Virus record (IMG/VR): IMGVR_UViG_3300027533_000035
Span: 1-48,384 of that record
DNA from: a virus
Taxonomy: Duplodnaviria > Caudoviricetes
Direction: 5' to 3' (one strand)
Length of the DNA: 48,384 nt
Below the pieces are notes generated by a model. That model made no database searches. It was not told the origin of the DNA and saw only the letters and a list, made by a program, of their open reading frames with translations. A program made the translations under genes and the position numbers. Shown piece by piece: positions 1-8,716 of this stretch; within the stretch, counting starts at the first letter, position 1; each line of letters starts with the position of its first letter.

Positions 1-3000
1 TGGACGGAGGCGGATGCCAAGGTTGGGTTCGCTCAGGATCAGGATTTCAGCAGCAGGGGTCGTACGGGACCAGTGTCAAAGACCTCGCCTTCCGAGACGG
101 TGGAGCCCGAGGCCCCTGCTGCACAGGCTGCGCCGAAGGCGAGCGAGGGAATGGAGCCCGATGGGGCCGCCCAGCTCCAGGCGAAGATTCAGGCGATGGT
201 CAACGAAGGCCGGGAGCTGAAGAAGCAGGGGAAGGAGGGGGAGCCCCGATACGGCGAACTCCAGTTCGATATTATCGAAGCGCGGAAGCGCCTTGGAGAT
301 ATGAAGCGGCCCGCGAAGCAGGAGCAGAAGGCCGCAGAGGCAGAGGCGCCGAAGGCGGCTCCGCACAGGCCGGTAATTTCGGAGAGGCCGGAGTGGTACT
401 ACTCGGCAGCCGTCGAACATGCCAGGCAGGAACTGCCGGGCACGGGGACGGCGGACAGCTTCTGGCGGGCGATGCAGGGGCCGGGCGTGAAGAAGGAGGA
501 GTTGGAGTGGCTCGGCGTTAAGGAATGGCTGGACAGTCAGGGGAGCGGACAGATCTCGAAGGATGATCTGATAACGCATATGACGGAACGGGCCGTAACG
601 GTGGAAACCGTCGTTTATGGGAACAAGATGGCGTTCAAGTGGAAGCCGATTCAGCCGCCGGGGGACAATCAGCTCTTTCCGGACTTCCCGATTGAGGCTA
701 ACCTCCTGAAGGTGTGGGAGCCGGGGACGATCCGCTTCCAGGAGCGGTATAGCTATCCGGTCATTCAGGCGTGGGAGATGGACTATGCGGAGGCACCGGG
801 GTGGCAGGTCGTGAGGGCGGGGAGCCGGGTCGCCGGTTATAACTTCTATGCAGTGAATCCGGACGGCTTCATTGAAGGGAGGCCGGAGCCGACGAAATCG
901 CAGGCGCAGATCTTCATTGAGAGGAAGGTCAATCCGAATCGCCTCGCGCGATATGATAGCTATATGCCGAAGATGGGGATGACGAATCCGAGGGAGGTGG
1001 TGCTGAAATTGCCCGCCTTCGGGCAAGGTGAAAAGCCGATACAGCTTCCGAAGGATTGGAACGCCCAACTGGAGCCGAACGGACGGTGGCACGTCTATGA
1101 TGATGAGGGACAGCTCCGTGGGAGCGGGACTGATCGGCAGATGGCGCTCCAGGATGCATACACGGTTCGGGAGGAGGGGGGTGGGGATCTTGCGATATTC
1201 CGTCCGCAGCAGCGGGGCGCTGCCGCTCCGGCGCCGGCCGGAGGGCCGCGGATGGACGTCTACAGCACCAAGCACTTCACGGACCTTGTGAATAAGATCG
1301 GTTGGGGGCAGGCGTATGATGCGAGGGACGTTAATGGGAATAAGATTCTCGCGATCCGCAGCATCCAGGATGATACGAAGCAGAAGGGAGCGGTGGAGGG
1401 CTATCAGGATCCGAAGGCGCTCGCCGCTGCGAAGGCCGAATTTGAGAAGTTCGATAAGGAGTACAAGGACGCGGCAGCGGTGGATCTTAAGTTCGCAGAG
1501 CGGAGGCGAGAGGAGCTGAAGGAGCTTTATAAGCAGCAGAACCGGATGGAGACGTCACATCCTGCTTGGAAGACGTTGGAGAGGGAGGTTGCGTGGCGAC
1601 AGGAGGAGATTAGGGCGGTTGATGAGAGCCATCGAGACTGGCTCGCGATTGGGGCGGACCGGGACGCCGCAAAAGCAAAGATAAAGAAGCTCGAAGGCGG
1701 GGTCGCGGATGTGCCGTTCAAGGCGCAATGGCATGAGATTATTGTGAAGCGGCTGTTACGAATGGCAGCCGACGAGGGTTATGATGGAATCATGTTCGCG
1801 CCCCCAGAGCAGGTGAGTGCGGAGTGGGGAGGAGCGACGAATCCGGGCCTCGATGCGCATTTCCAGAACCTCTATGGGAAGAAGATTCCGTCCGCGTATG
1901 CGAAGTGGGGAACGAAGCTCGGCGGGACGCTGGAGGCCTTCCGGTTCGAGGTTCCCGACATTACCCCTCTCGGGACGACGACGCACTTGACGTGGGGAGG
2001 CGTCAGGATCACGCCGGAGATGCAGACGGAGGTGAGGAAGGGGGTGCCGTTATTCTCGCAGGTCATGGAGGGGCCGAAGGGGACCTCGTTCCTGTCGAAG
2101 GATAGCAGCATCGCGGTGGTGCCGGATGCCCGGCAACAGGAATTCGAACAGGCAGCGCGGGCGCTGGTGCAGTTCACGGAAGTGATGCAGGTCAAGTTCG
2201 GGCTCGATCATATTCCGATCGAGGTGCGGATGACGGATGATCCCCGCTTCTACCATGAGGGGAAGACGAAGCCGGGAGAGGTGTCATGGCTCAGTCGCGA
2301 CCCCACGAACGGCAAGGTGCTGGTCAACAGCAAGACGGGAAAGCTGATAAAGGCGACGATCACGATCTCGCCGCGGCGGCACCTCGACGCGCAAGAGCTT
2401 TACGCGACCTATTCGCATGAATTCGCCCATATCATCGACCTCGAGCACCTTGCGGGTGCGCCGCTGAAGATCAAGTTGGCACTTTCATCGCACTTTGAGG
2501 CGTGGAAGGCGGAACGGGAGGCGGATCCTAGCCAGTCCTGGAACAACACGCTCGCCACGCGGGACAACTTCGTGATTGCAAACACGATTCGTCGCGATCA
2601 GACGAGTCTGCGGCATCAGAGAGGGAAACAGGGAGAGCGATGGGTAGGTGATGTTAATCTCGGGAATGTGGATCCTGAGAAGCGGCGTTATTGGCTCTCG
2701 CAGGACGAGTATCAGGCGGAGCAGATTGCGCGCTGGTTTACGACCAACGAGAAGGCGCTCACGGTCATCGACAAATACTTCAAGAGTCTGGCGACGAAGC
2801 TGCGAGAGAGCTATACGGCGTTCCGGCGGCGCTTCGGGACGGCGGAGCCGAATGTCGCCGTCGAGGACTACCTCTCGTGGGTCATGCGGAAGGTCGAGAA
2901 TCAGCGCATGGAGATCCATGCGGGGGCAGACGCTGCTTCGCAAGCTGCGAATCAACGCGCAATGGACGCCGACGGTGCCACCATGAAGGCGGTGCCTCAG

Positions 3001-5886
3001 ACGAGTATGGGGCAGGATATTCGGACGGCGCTGGACGGCGTTCCGCTCCCCTCGGGGGCGCAGCAGCAGGGCAAGGCGCTCGCCGCTTACGCCGACTACT
3101 TCAATAAGGTCTATCAGTATGGGGTGGGGCTTCCACATCTGGTGGCGGCGAACCTCCATCTGGGACCGCTCACGCGTTACGGCGAAATTATCCAACAGTG
3201 GGATCTCGCTATCAGCAACATGGTCGACACCGGGACGCGGGTGTTGAAGGGATGGAAGAACGCGGGCGACCTCAACCAGCAGGATTCGATCAGCAGAATG
3301 ATCGACGATTACCGCAACATGCGCTACCTGACACCTCAGGAGCAGCAGCAGGGCGTGGAGAGGATGCCCACGCCGCTCGAGCTGGATGCCTTGGCGGCGA
3401 AGCATGGCGTCAATAAGCTGGGGCAGCAGGCTTTCGCGGACGTCATGGCTTCCTACAAGCAGGTCATCGTGGACTATCGGACGGAGCTGCGGAGCAAGGC
3501 GAGGAAGATCGCGGATCCGCTGCGAAGGCAGGTGGCCTACCACGATATCGACGTGCAGATCAACAATATCCTGAAAAAGCCCTTCGTGCCGGGGATGCAG
3601 TTCGGCAACTGGCTCGCGATCATGCGGGACTCGACTGGGAAGATCATCCATCGCGAATCGTTCGATACGCGGCGGAAGCGGAACGCGGCGATGGTGCAGT
3701 TGGAGCAGCAGAAGCCACCCGGCGGCACCGTAACGCCGAGCTATAGGGTGAAGGATGTGAGGCCTCTCGTGGGCCTTCCGCCGGGGATGCTGGAGCTGAT
3801 TGAGCAGAAGCTGGTGCTCTCGCCGTCGCAGCAGGCGGCGATGGACGAACTCAAGTTTGAGCTGCACCCCACCCAGTCGTTCAAGCACAGGTTCTCGTCT
3901 CAGAATCTGGTGGCGGGGTCGTCGAAGGATTTCATGCGAGGCTATGCGAACTTCTTCTTCCACGGTGCTCACTTCTTCGGAAGGATTAAGTTCCAGGAGG
4001 CAGCGCAGCAGGAGGCGAAGGACCTGAAGGAGTCCGCCGAAGGCATGTATCAGCAGGGAGGGTCGAAACGGGCGCTCGGGAAGCGGGAGGATATTGCCAA
4101 ATTCGTCGAGGAGCACCTGGCGTATCGGCTCGACCCGAGGCCGGATTTCGCCATCTTGCGAAGCATGGGCTTCCTTTGGTATCTGGGGTTCGTCCCGGCG
4201 GCGGCGCTGCTGAACACCACGCAGATCCCGCTCGCGACCATGCCCTTCTTGGGGGCGAAGTTCGGGGACGGGAAGTCGATCGCCGCGATCATCCGCGCGG
4301 GGGCCAGCATCAGCAGCTATTATAAGAAGGGGACGATGGCGACCCAGACGGATGAACAGCTCTGGGCCCTCGATCAAGGCATTAAGGCGGGCACGATTAC
4401 GGAGGCGATGGCTCCCGAAATGGCGGCCGTCGCGGAGCTGGACAATCTCACCCGGAGCACGAAAGGATACGCGTCGCGGGCGTGGCACAATACGTTGGAG
4501 TGGTCCGCTAAGCAGTTCGAACTCGCAGAGCAGTTCAACCGCCGCGTCACCTTCCGGGCGACCTATGCGCTGGCGAAGAGCAACCCGAACGCAAAGTACG
4601 TTCAGGAATCCGTCCAGAAGCACCAGTTGCAATATCAGAGCATTTTGCTGCAACTCGGCAGCACCGTGCCAGACCCCGCGGCACGCGCGGCTGCGTTCGT
4701 GACGGCGAAGGACGCAACGGAGCAAACGCAGGGCATCTATAAGCAGTATGCGGAGCCGCGGTTTATGCGCGGGAAGTGGCGGACGGTGTTCATCTTTAAG
4801 AGCTTTGCGGTGAACATGCTCGCAATGTACTGGAACAACAAAGGTACGCGGTGGCGCGGTTTGCTGGCGTACAGCGCCCTCGGCGGACTCATGGGGTGGC
4901 CGTTCGCGGAGGACGTGAAAGGCTTGATTCGGATTCTCGGCGAAGCCCTCGATAAGGATTGGGATTCCGAGAAGGAGATCAAGAAGCTCATCATGGGCCT
5001 TCTCGGCGACGACGAGGCGGAAGATGCCGAATGGGCCGACCTGATCCTGCATGGGATGAGCCGGAACGGCTTCGGAGCACCTGCGGCGCTTCAGCACCTG
5101 GGCGTCCCCGGCCCGAAGGTCCGGGAGGACAGGACGGGCTACGGTGCGGCTCACCGCTCCGGACAGGTGGACATGAGCCGGGCGATCAGCCTCGGGCGAG
5201 GTATCCCGGTTGATCTGAATGCAATAGCGACGTCGAAGGATAAGGACAAGGCGGCGCTGCAAGGGCTGGCGCAGGCCGGAGGAGCCGTGTACGGCGGGAT
5301 GCCGTTCTCGCTCTACAAATTTATGCAGAGCGGGTATCATTGGGACGATCGGAAAGCCTATGAGTATATCATGCCGCGCTTTCTGAAGTCCGTCAGCACC
5401 GGGTTCAGGGCGTTTGAGGAGGGAAGAGAGAGGGACGTGCGCGGCAACACCGTCATGCGCTATGATCGGACGGATCCGTGGCACGTCGCGGAGATGATTG
5501 AACTGGCGCTCGGCTTCCAACCTGCGCGTCTGACGAACGAGTGGGATCGGAGGATGGCGAAGATGGAGGAGAACGTCTACTGGCAGTCGCGGCAGCAGAC
5601 GATTTTGAGCCAGTTGTGGCAGTCGCGGCAGGATCCGGAGGAGTTCAAGCGGGTGAACGAAGCGCGGATCGGCTTCAATCGGGAGGTGGCGGGCACCCCC
5701 GCGTCCATGTATGTGATCTCGCGAGACGTTATGGCGCAGTCCTTCCGGAACCGGGCGAAGGGAGCGCAGGCTGCCGAGACGGGGATTCCGATCAGGAAGC
5801 GGGAGATTCCGATCGCGCAAGAGGTTGATCGGCTGTACCCGGGAGGCGATGCTAGGGTGCGGATTGAGAAGGAGAAGGTCCGTTAG
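1..5886 (+). CDS. C-terminal ~1961 aa of a giant (~2496 aa) virion/DNA-ejection 'polyvalent' protein; continues from 46780-48384 across the window junction
   Basis: Frame +1 is open from base 1 (TGG ACG GAG...) to TAG at 5886. It contains HEFAH (HExxH) plus a downstream EYQAE, and a PLxRFG-like segment (KPFVPGMQFGNW...DSTGKIIHRESF). It is the last gene of the structural operon. Confidence 0.8.
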   Translation, partial: WTEADAKVGFAQDQDFSSRGRTGPVSKTSPSETVEPEAPAAQAAPKASEGMEPDGAAQLQAKIQAMVNEGRELKKQGKEGEPRYGELQFDIIEARKRLGDMKRPAKQEQKAAEAEAPKAAPHRPVISERPEWYYSAAVEHARQELPGTGTADSFWRAMQGPGVKKEELEWLGVKEWLDSQGSGQISKDDLITHMTERAVTVETVVYGNKMAFKWKPIQPPGDNQLFPDFPIEANLLKVWEPGTIRFQERYSYPVIQAWEMDYAEAPGWQVVRAGSRVAGYNFYAVNPDGFIEGRPEPTKSQAQIFIERKVNPNRLARYDSYMPKMGMTNPREVVLKLPAFGQGEKPIQLPKDWNAQLEPNGRWHVYDDEGQLRGSGTDRQMALQDAYTVREEGGGDLAIFRPQQRGAAAPAPAGGPRMDVYSTKHFTDLVNKIGWGQAYDARDVNGNKILAIRSIQDDTKQKGAVEGYQDPKALAAAKAEFEKFDKEYKDAAAVDLKFAERRREELKELYKQQNRMETSHPAWKTLEREVAWRQEEIRAVDESHRDWLAIGADRDAAKAKIKKLEGGVADVPFKAQWHEIIVKRLLRMAADEGYDGIMFAPPEQVSAEWGGATNPGLDAHFQNLYGKKIPSAYAKWGTKLGGTLEAFRFEVPDITPLGTTTHLTWGGVRITPEMQTEVRKGVPLFSQVMEGPKGTSFLSKDSSIAVVPDARQQEFEQAARALVQFTEVMQVKFGLDHIPIEVRMTDDPRFYHEGKTKPGEVSWLSRDPTNGKVLVNSKTGKLIKATITISPRRHLDAQELYATYSHEFAHIIDLEHLAGAPLKIKLALSSHFEAWKAEREADPSQSWNNTLATRDNFVIANTIRRDQTSLRHQRGKQGERWVGDVNLGNVDPEKRRYWLSQDEYQAEQIARWFTTNEKALTVIDKYFKSLATKLRESYTAFRRRFGTAEPNVAVEDYLSWVMRKVENQRMEIHAGADAASQAANQRAMDADGATMKAVPQTSMGQDIRTALDGVPLPSGAQQQGKALAAYADYFNKVYQYGVGLPHLVAANLHLGPLTRYGEIIQQWDLAISNMVDTGTRVLKGWKNAGDLNQQDSISRMIDDYRNMRYLTPQEQQQGVERMPTPLELDALAAKHGVNKLGQQAFADVMASYKQVIVDYRTELRSKARKIADPLRRQVAYHDIDVQINNILKKPFVPGMQFGNWLAIMRDSTGKIIHRESFDTRRKRNAAMVQLEQQKPPGGTVTPSYRVKDVRPLVGLPPGMLELIEQKLVLSPSQQAAMDELKFELHPTQSFKHRFSSQNLVAGSSKDFMRGYANFFFHGAHFFGRIKFQEAAQQEAKDLKESAEGMYQQGGSKRALGKREDIAKFVEEHLAYRLDPRPDFAILRSMGFLWYLGFVPAAALLNTTQIPLATMPFLGAKFGDGKSIAAIIRAGASISSYYKKGTMATQTDEQLWALDQGIKAGTITEAMAPEMAAVAELDNLTRSTKGYASRAWHNTLEWSAKQFELAEQFNRRVTFRATYALAKSNPNAKYVQESVQKHQLQYQSILLQLGSTVPDPAARAAAFVTAKDATEQTQGIYKQYAEPRFMRGKWRTVFIFKSFAVNMLAMYWNNKGTRWRGLLAYSALGGLMGWPFAEDVKGLIRILGEALDKDWDSEKEIKKLIMGLLGDDEAEDAEWADLILHGMSRNGFGAPAALQHLGVPGPKVREDRTGYGAAHRSGQVDMSRAISLGRGIPVDLNAIATSKDKDKAALQGLAQAGGAVYGGMPFSLYKFMQSGYHWDDRKAYEYIMPRFLKSVSTGFRAFEEGRERDVRGNTVMRYDRTDPWHVAEMIELALGFQPARLTNEWDRRMAKMEENVYWQSRQQTILSQLWQSRQDPEEFKRVNEARIGFNREVAGTPASMYVISRDVMAQSFRNRAKGAQAAETGIPIRKREIPIAQEVDRLYPGGDARVRIEKEKVR

Positions 5887-7111
5887 CCCCCTTCGGGGGA
5901 ATGGTGGCCGCGAGAGCGATCCCTTGCGAGACGCCGTTCTGAGCGATACACAGCGTTCCGCCTTTCAGTCCCGCCTTCAGTGCTTCCTCATAGTCCTTCA
6001 AGCTCATCAGATTCATCACGCACTTCCAAAGCTGGTCGGCGGTTAGGAAGCCGTGCGCTCGGAGGAAGGGAAGCAGCTCCGCCAGATGGCGGGCCTCGTG
6101 AACGATGCCGATCGACTCAAAGACCTTCATCATGTGCGGCTCAGTCGAAACGAGCAGGCTTTCGGCTAGCTCCAGATGGTGCTTCTCGATGATGAGGTGC
6201 GGCCCCTGCGCTGCCGCGATAATGAGGGCCAGCTTGTGGAGGTGGGTCTGCTTCCGCGCAATATAGCCGCCGTACCTCTCGGACGATAAGTGTTTGGGGC
6301 GGAGGCCCGTATCCCAATGGTTCGTGTACCACTGCTCGCCCCAGGTACGGGCCTCCGTGGTGAGACGGTATTCGCCCGATAGCTTAGCTATGTCCTTAAG
6401 GTCGGCGATCAGCTCATTCTCGAGCTTGAAGTAGGCGGCGGGTGGAAGGTGCTGGTCAGGATACGGTATCAGTTGGGTCTTCTCCTCGCCGTGGACGAAG
6501 ATTATCCGGGAGGTGAGTCCGCCCCCGATCAGGTGTTCCGGGAAGTTCGCCTTCAGCCACGAGGGGGTCGTGCAGCCGATTATGTTCAGCCAGGGGTTCT
6601 TGATTATCACGTCCCCCGACATCTTCGTAGAGTGTCCCCATGTGCTTAGTTGCCCATCCCACAAATCGACAAGAACGTCGACAAGAGCACCGTCTTCGAT
6701 TTTGAGGAATGTGCCCAGCTCCGACACCTGGATCGTCAGGCAGCTCATGGGGAGGAAGCCGTCGGTCCCGTCCGGCTTTGTATGTTTCATATGCTCGGCA
6801 GCGGCCGATAGGGAATCCGCTAGCTTTTGCCAAGTGATAGAGGGCGGCCCAAATTTGATCCCATCCACTTGCTCTAGCAGGCGCATCCCAGTACGGGAGG
6901 TTGTGGACTTGTTCACTATCCCCGGAGGGCCGACCAGGATGATGTAGAAGTTGGGGGTCCATTGGAATTTCCTCATGTCGATCCACACCCGGCGCCGGAG
7001 GGCGCCTGCCAGTGTCCAGATGCCCGTCCATAGGTGGAACTCGCGAGGGCTCTCGCTGTCAGCCGTGTACGTCGCGTACGCGGTAAGCCAGTTGGGGAAG
7101 TTTCGCGCCAT
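5852..7111 (-). CDS. P-loop NTPase, DUF3987/YfjI-like putative replicative helicase
   Basis: IILVGPPGIVNKSTT Walker A-like motif; SELGTFL, DLWDG and GGGLTSRIIFV motifs; lies next to polA. Start placed at ATG 7111 (MARNFPNWL); the track start is 7162. Confidence 0.65.
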   Translation of the reverse strand: MARNFPNWLTAYATYTADSESPREFHLWTGIWTLAGALRRRVWIDMRKFQWTPNFYIILVGPPGIVNKSTTSRTGMRLLEQVDGIKFGPPSITWQKLADSLSAAAEHMKHTKPDGTDGFLPMSCLTIQVSELGTFLKIEDGALVDVLVDLWDGQLSTWGHSTKMSGDVIIKNPWLNIIGCTTPSWLKANFPEHLIGGGLTSRIIFVHGEEKTQLIPYPDQHLPPAAYFKLENELIADLKDIAKLSGEYRLTTEARTWGEQWYTNHWDTGLRPKHLSSERYGGYIARKQTHLHKLALIIAAAQGPHLIIEKHHLELAESLLVSTEPHMMKVFESIGIVHEARHLAELLPFLRAHGFLTADQLWKCVMNLMSLKDYEEALKAGLKGGTLCIAQNGVSQGIALAATIPPKGANGPSPSQSAP

Positions 7112-7146
7112 TCGGCTTCTCGTTGACTTTATGGAAAAGTTTGAAC

Positions 7147-7175
7147 CGGGCGGTGTCGCCACCAGACACTGCCCG
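7147..7175. promoter_or_regulatory. Intergenic palindrome CGGGCGGTGTC-N7-GACACTGCCCG (operator-like or terminator hairpin)
   Basis: 11-bp inverted repeat with one mismatch, right after the polA-C stop; related copies at 17729, 22495 and 38579. Confidence 0.5.
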
Positions 7176-7176
7176 C

Positions 7177-7920
7177 TTACACCTTAGAAACCTCTCCCCA
7201 GCTCTTCTCGGAGCGGGCCATGCCCCAAGGTATCACGAGGGGGTCATTCGGGTAGGGCACCTCCACAGCCAAGTGCTCGCGGAACAGCGGAACGCTGTCG
7301 GCGCGATGCATGGGCACCTGGAACAGCAGGGAGTCGTGGACTTGCAACAGGATCTCCACCCAAGGGAGCGCTTTGCGGAGTCTCAGAGCGCCTTTGAAAC
7401 ATACGAGGGCCACGGTGCTTTGGGGAACCCAGGCGAGAGCTTGTGGAAGGAGCCCGTCCACCCGGTCGAAGTAGATGATGCGATAGTTAAATGCGTTTCG
7501 CGCGGTTCGGGAAGTTCGTAAGTTGTGATCTGTACGATTATGCCATTCTTTGACGCCGGGTCGTCGGGCAAAATAGTTCGCAATGTAGCGCTGCGCTTTA
7601 TGGCGAGGCCACGCGATGCTAGGGTGACGTGTAAGAGCATAATCTGACGCTCCATAATGAACTCCGTGGGTGGCGTGCTTGTACGATTGGCGAAGCTGAT
7701 AGTAGCGGAAGCTGGTCGGTGAGAGCGTCAGCAGCTCCTTTTCGCCACCCACCTCTATGCCGTGCCGGACGTGCATATCGGTGCCGTCGCGGAGCCAGCT
7801 TTTCAGCTCCTTGTCGTCTGCCTCCCAGGCGACCACCTGCCCGTCCGCTCCTGAGAGGTCAGCCTCATAGAGCATGTAGCCCTTATCGGGAATGAACAAG
7901 CGGCGGACGTTGGGCAGCTT
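7177..7920 (-). CDS. polA: Family A DNA polymerase, C-terminal palm/fingers half (start unresolved)
   Basis: LPNVRRLFIPD; motif A YEADLSGAD; motif B RQSYKHATHGVHYG; motif C LLQVHDSL. The upstream part of the 8097 ORF is Ser/Pro-rich shadow translation of dUTPase. Confidence 0.85.
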   Translation of the reverse strand, partial: KLPNVRRLFIPDKGYMLYEADLSGADGQVVAWEADDKELKSWLRDGTDMHVRHGIEVGGEKELLTLSPTSFRYYQLRQSYKHATHGVHYGASDYALTRHPSIAWPRHKAQRYIANYFARRPGVKEWHNRTDHNLRTSRTARNAFNYRIIYFDRVDGLLPQALAWVPQSTVALVCFKGALRLRKALPWVEILLQVHDSLLFQVPMHRADSVPLFREHLAVEVPYPNDPLVIPWGMARSEKSWGEVSKV

Positions 7921-8368
7921 AAAGGCCGGTACTACCGAAGCCTTTATCGCCCCGCTCGGTGAGCTGGAGGGCAGCGGACTCGGCAAGGGTGCAGTTGACG
8001 AGGCCGACGATGAGGGCTTGAGCGACCCGGTCTCCGTGCTGGACATAATAGGGCTCCATGCCTCCGTTGCTGAGGAGGACTTTGATTTCACCAACATAGT
8101 CGGGATCGACCACGCCGGGCGAGTTGGTTACGAATACGGAACGGGCCGCGAGCCCGCTACGGGAACAGATCAGGAGGACCGAGCCGGGTGGTGCGAGGAG
8201 TGAAAGGCCCGTGGGGATTAGGATAGTTGATCTCGGGGCGAGAGTCAAGGTGCGATAACGCCCCTCGGGTGTTTTCAGGAAGGCAGCCAAGTCCCAGGCG
8301 GCGCTCGATCCATAGGCGCGGATCGGAGGCGCCGCTTCCGGGTGCAGCTTCGTGAAGGTGAGGTTCAT
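7919..8368 (-). CDS. dut: Trimeric dUTPase
   Basis: Motifs AAWDL, SRSGLA, GVVDPDYVGEI, GDRVAQ and RGDKGFGSTG. Confidence 0.95.
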   Translation of the reverse strand: MNLTFTKLHPEAAPPIRAYGSSAAWDLAAFLKTPEGRYRTLTLAPRSTILIPTGLSLLAPPGSVLLICSRSGLAARSVFVTNSPGVVDPDYVGEIKVLLSNGGMEPYYVQHGDRVAQALIVGLVNCTLAESAALQLTERGDKGFGSTGL

Positions 8369-8715
8369 TTACCCTCGTTCGGCTGGCCGCTCGGATTCGG
8401 ACCGATGGAGCGGTGGACGCAGGGCTTGCCGCTCTTGTTGATCGTCTCGTTCATGCCGTCCGAGAAGCCGTAGTCGGTGTAGACGACCAGCCGGGTGGCG
8501 AGCTTGGCCCATTCGTCCCCGGCTTGGAGGCCGAGCGCGCGCTGCTGCGGGTCTTGGTCGTCGAGCATTTTCGTGTAGAGCACATGCGTGGCGAAGGGGG
8601 CCTCGCCGTGCGCGTAAAGGCAGTCGAGCATACAGCGGTTGGCGTAGTCGACGTGGACCTTGACCTCGGCGGGATTCTTCCCGGCGTAGGGGGAGATCAC
8701 CATTACGGGCACCAT
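8365..8715 (-). CDS. Small phage protein, nucleoside deoxyribosyltransferase-like/DUF4406-like fold (putative)
   Basis: VISPYAG...GEAPFATHVLY...LDD...R..GL...LVVYTDYGFSDGM pattern; strong RBS GAGGAGG. Confidence 0.55.
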   Translation of the reverse strand: MVPVMVISPYAGKNPAEVKVHVDYANRCMLDCLYAHGEAPFATHVLYTKMLDDQDPQQRALGLQAGDEWAKLATRLVVYTDYGFSDGMNETINKSGKPCVHRSIGPNPSGQPNEGK

Positions 8716-8716
8716 G

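Noticed and set aside
2485-5820. 1111-aa antisense ORF (and similar long antisense ORFs at 34353, 43908, 45716 and 47041)
   Set aside because: Shadow ORFs expected from high-GC codon bias opposite real genes; Arg/Leu/Pro-rich with no motifs.
5887-5899. CCCC-TTCG-GGGG hairpin at the convergence of the two arms as a terminator
   Set aside because: Only a 4-bp stem, no U-tract, and it lies within the helicase coding end.
7921-8097. N-terminal extension of the 306-aa polA ORF from TTG 8097
   Set aside because: Ser/Pro-rich off-frame translation of dUTPase with no polymerase similarity and no clear RBS.
7921-8716. Group I/II intron or intein explaining the polA split
   Set aside because: The interval is fully occupied by two ordinary genes with their own RBSs. 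There is no room for a ribozyme core, no homing nuclease or RT, and no intein Cys/His-Asn ends. A 5-nt TACCG repeat (8735-8739 and 7927-7931) would join the frames but is too short to be evidence.
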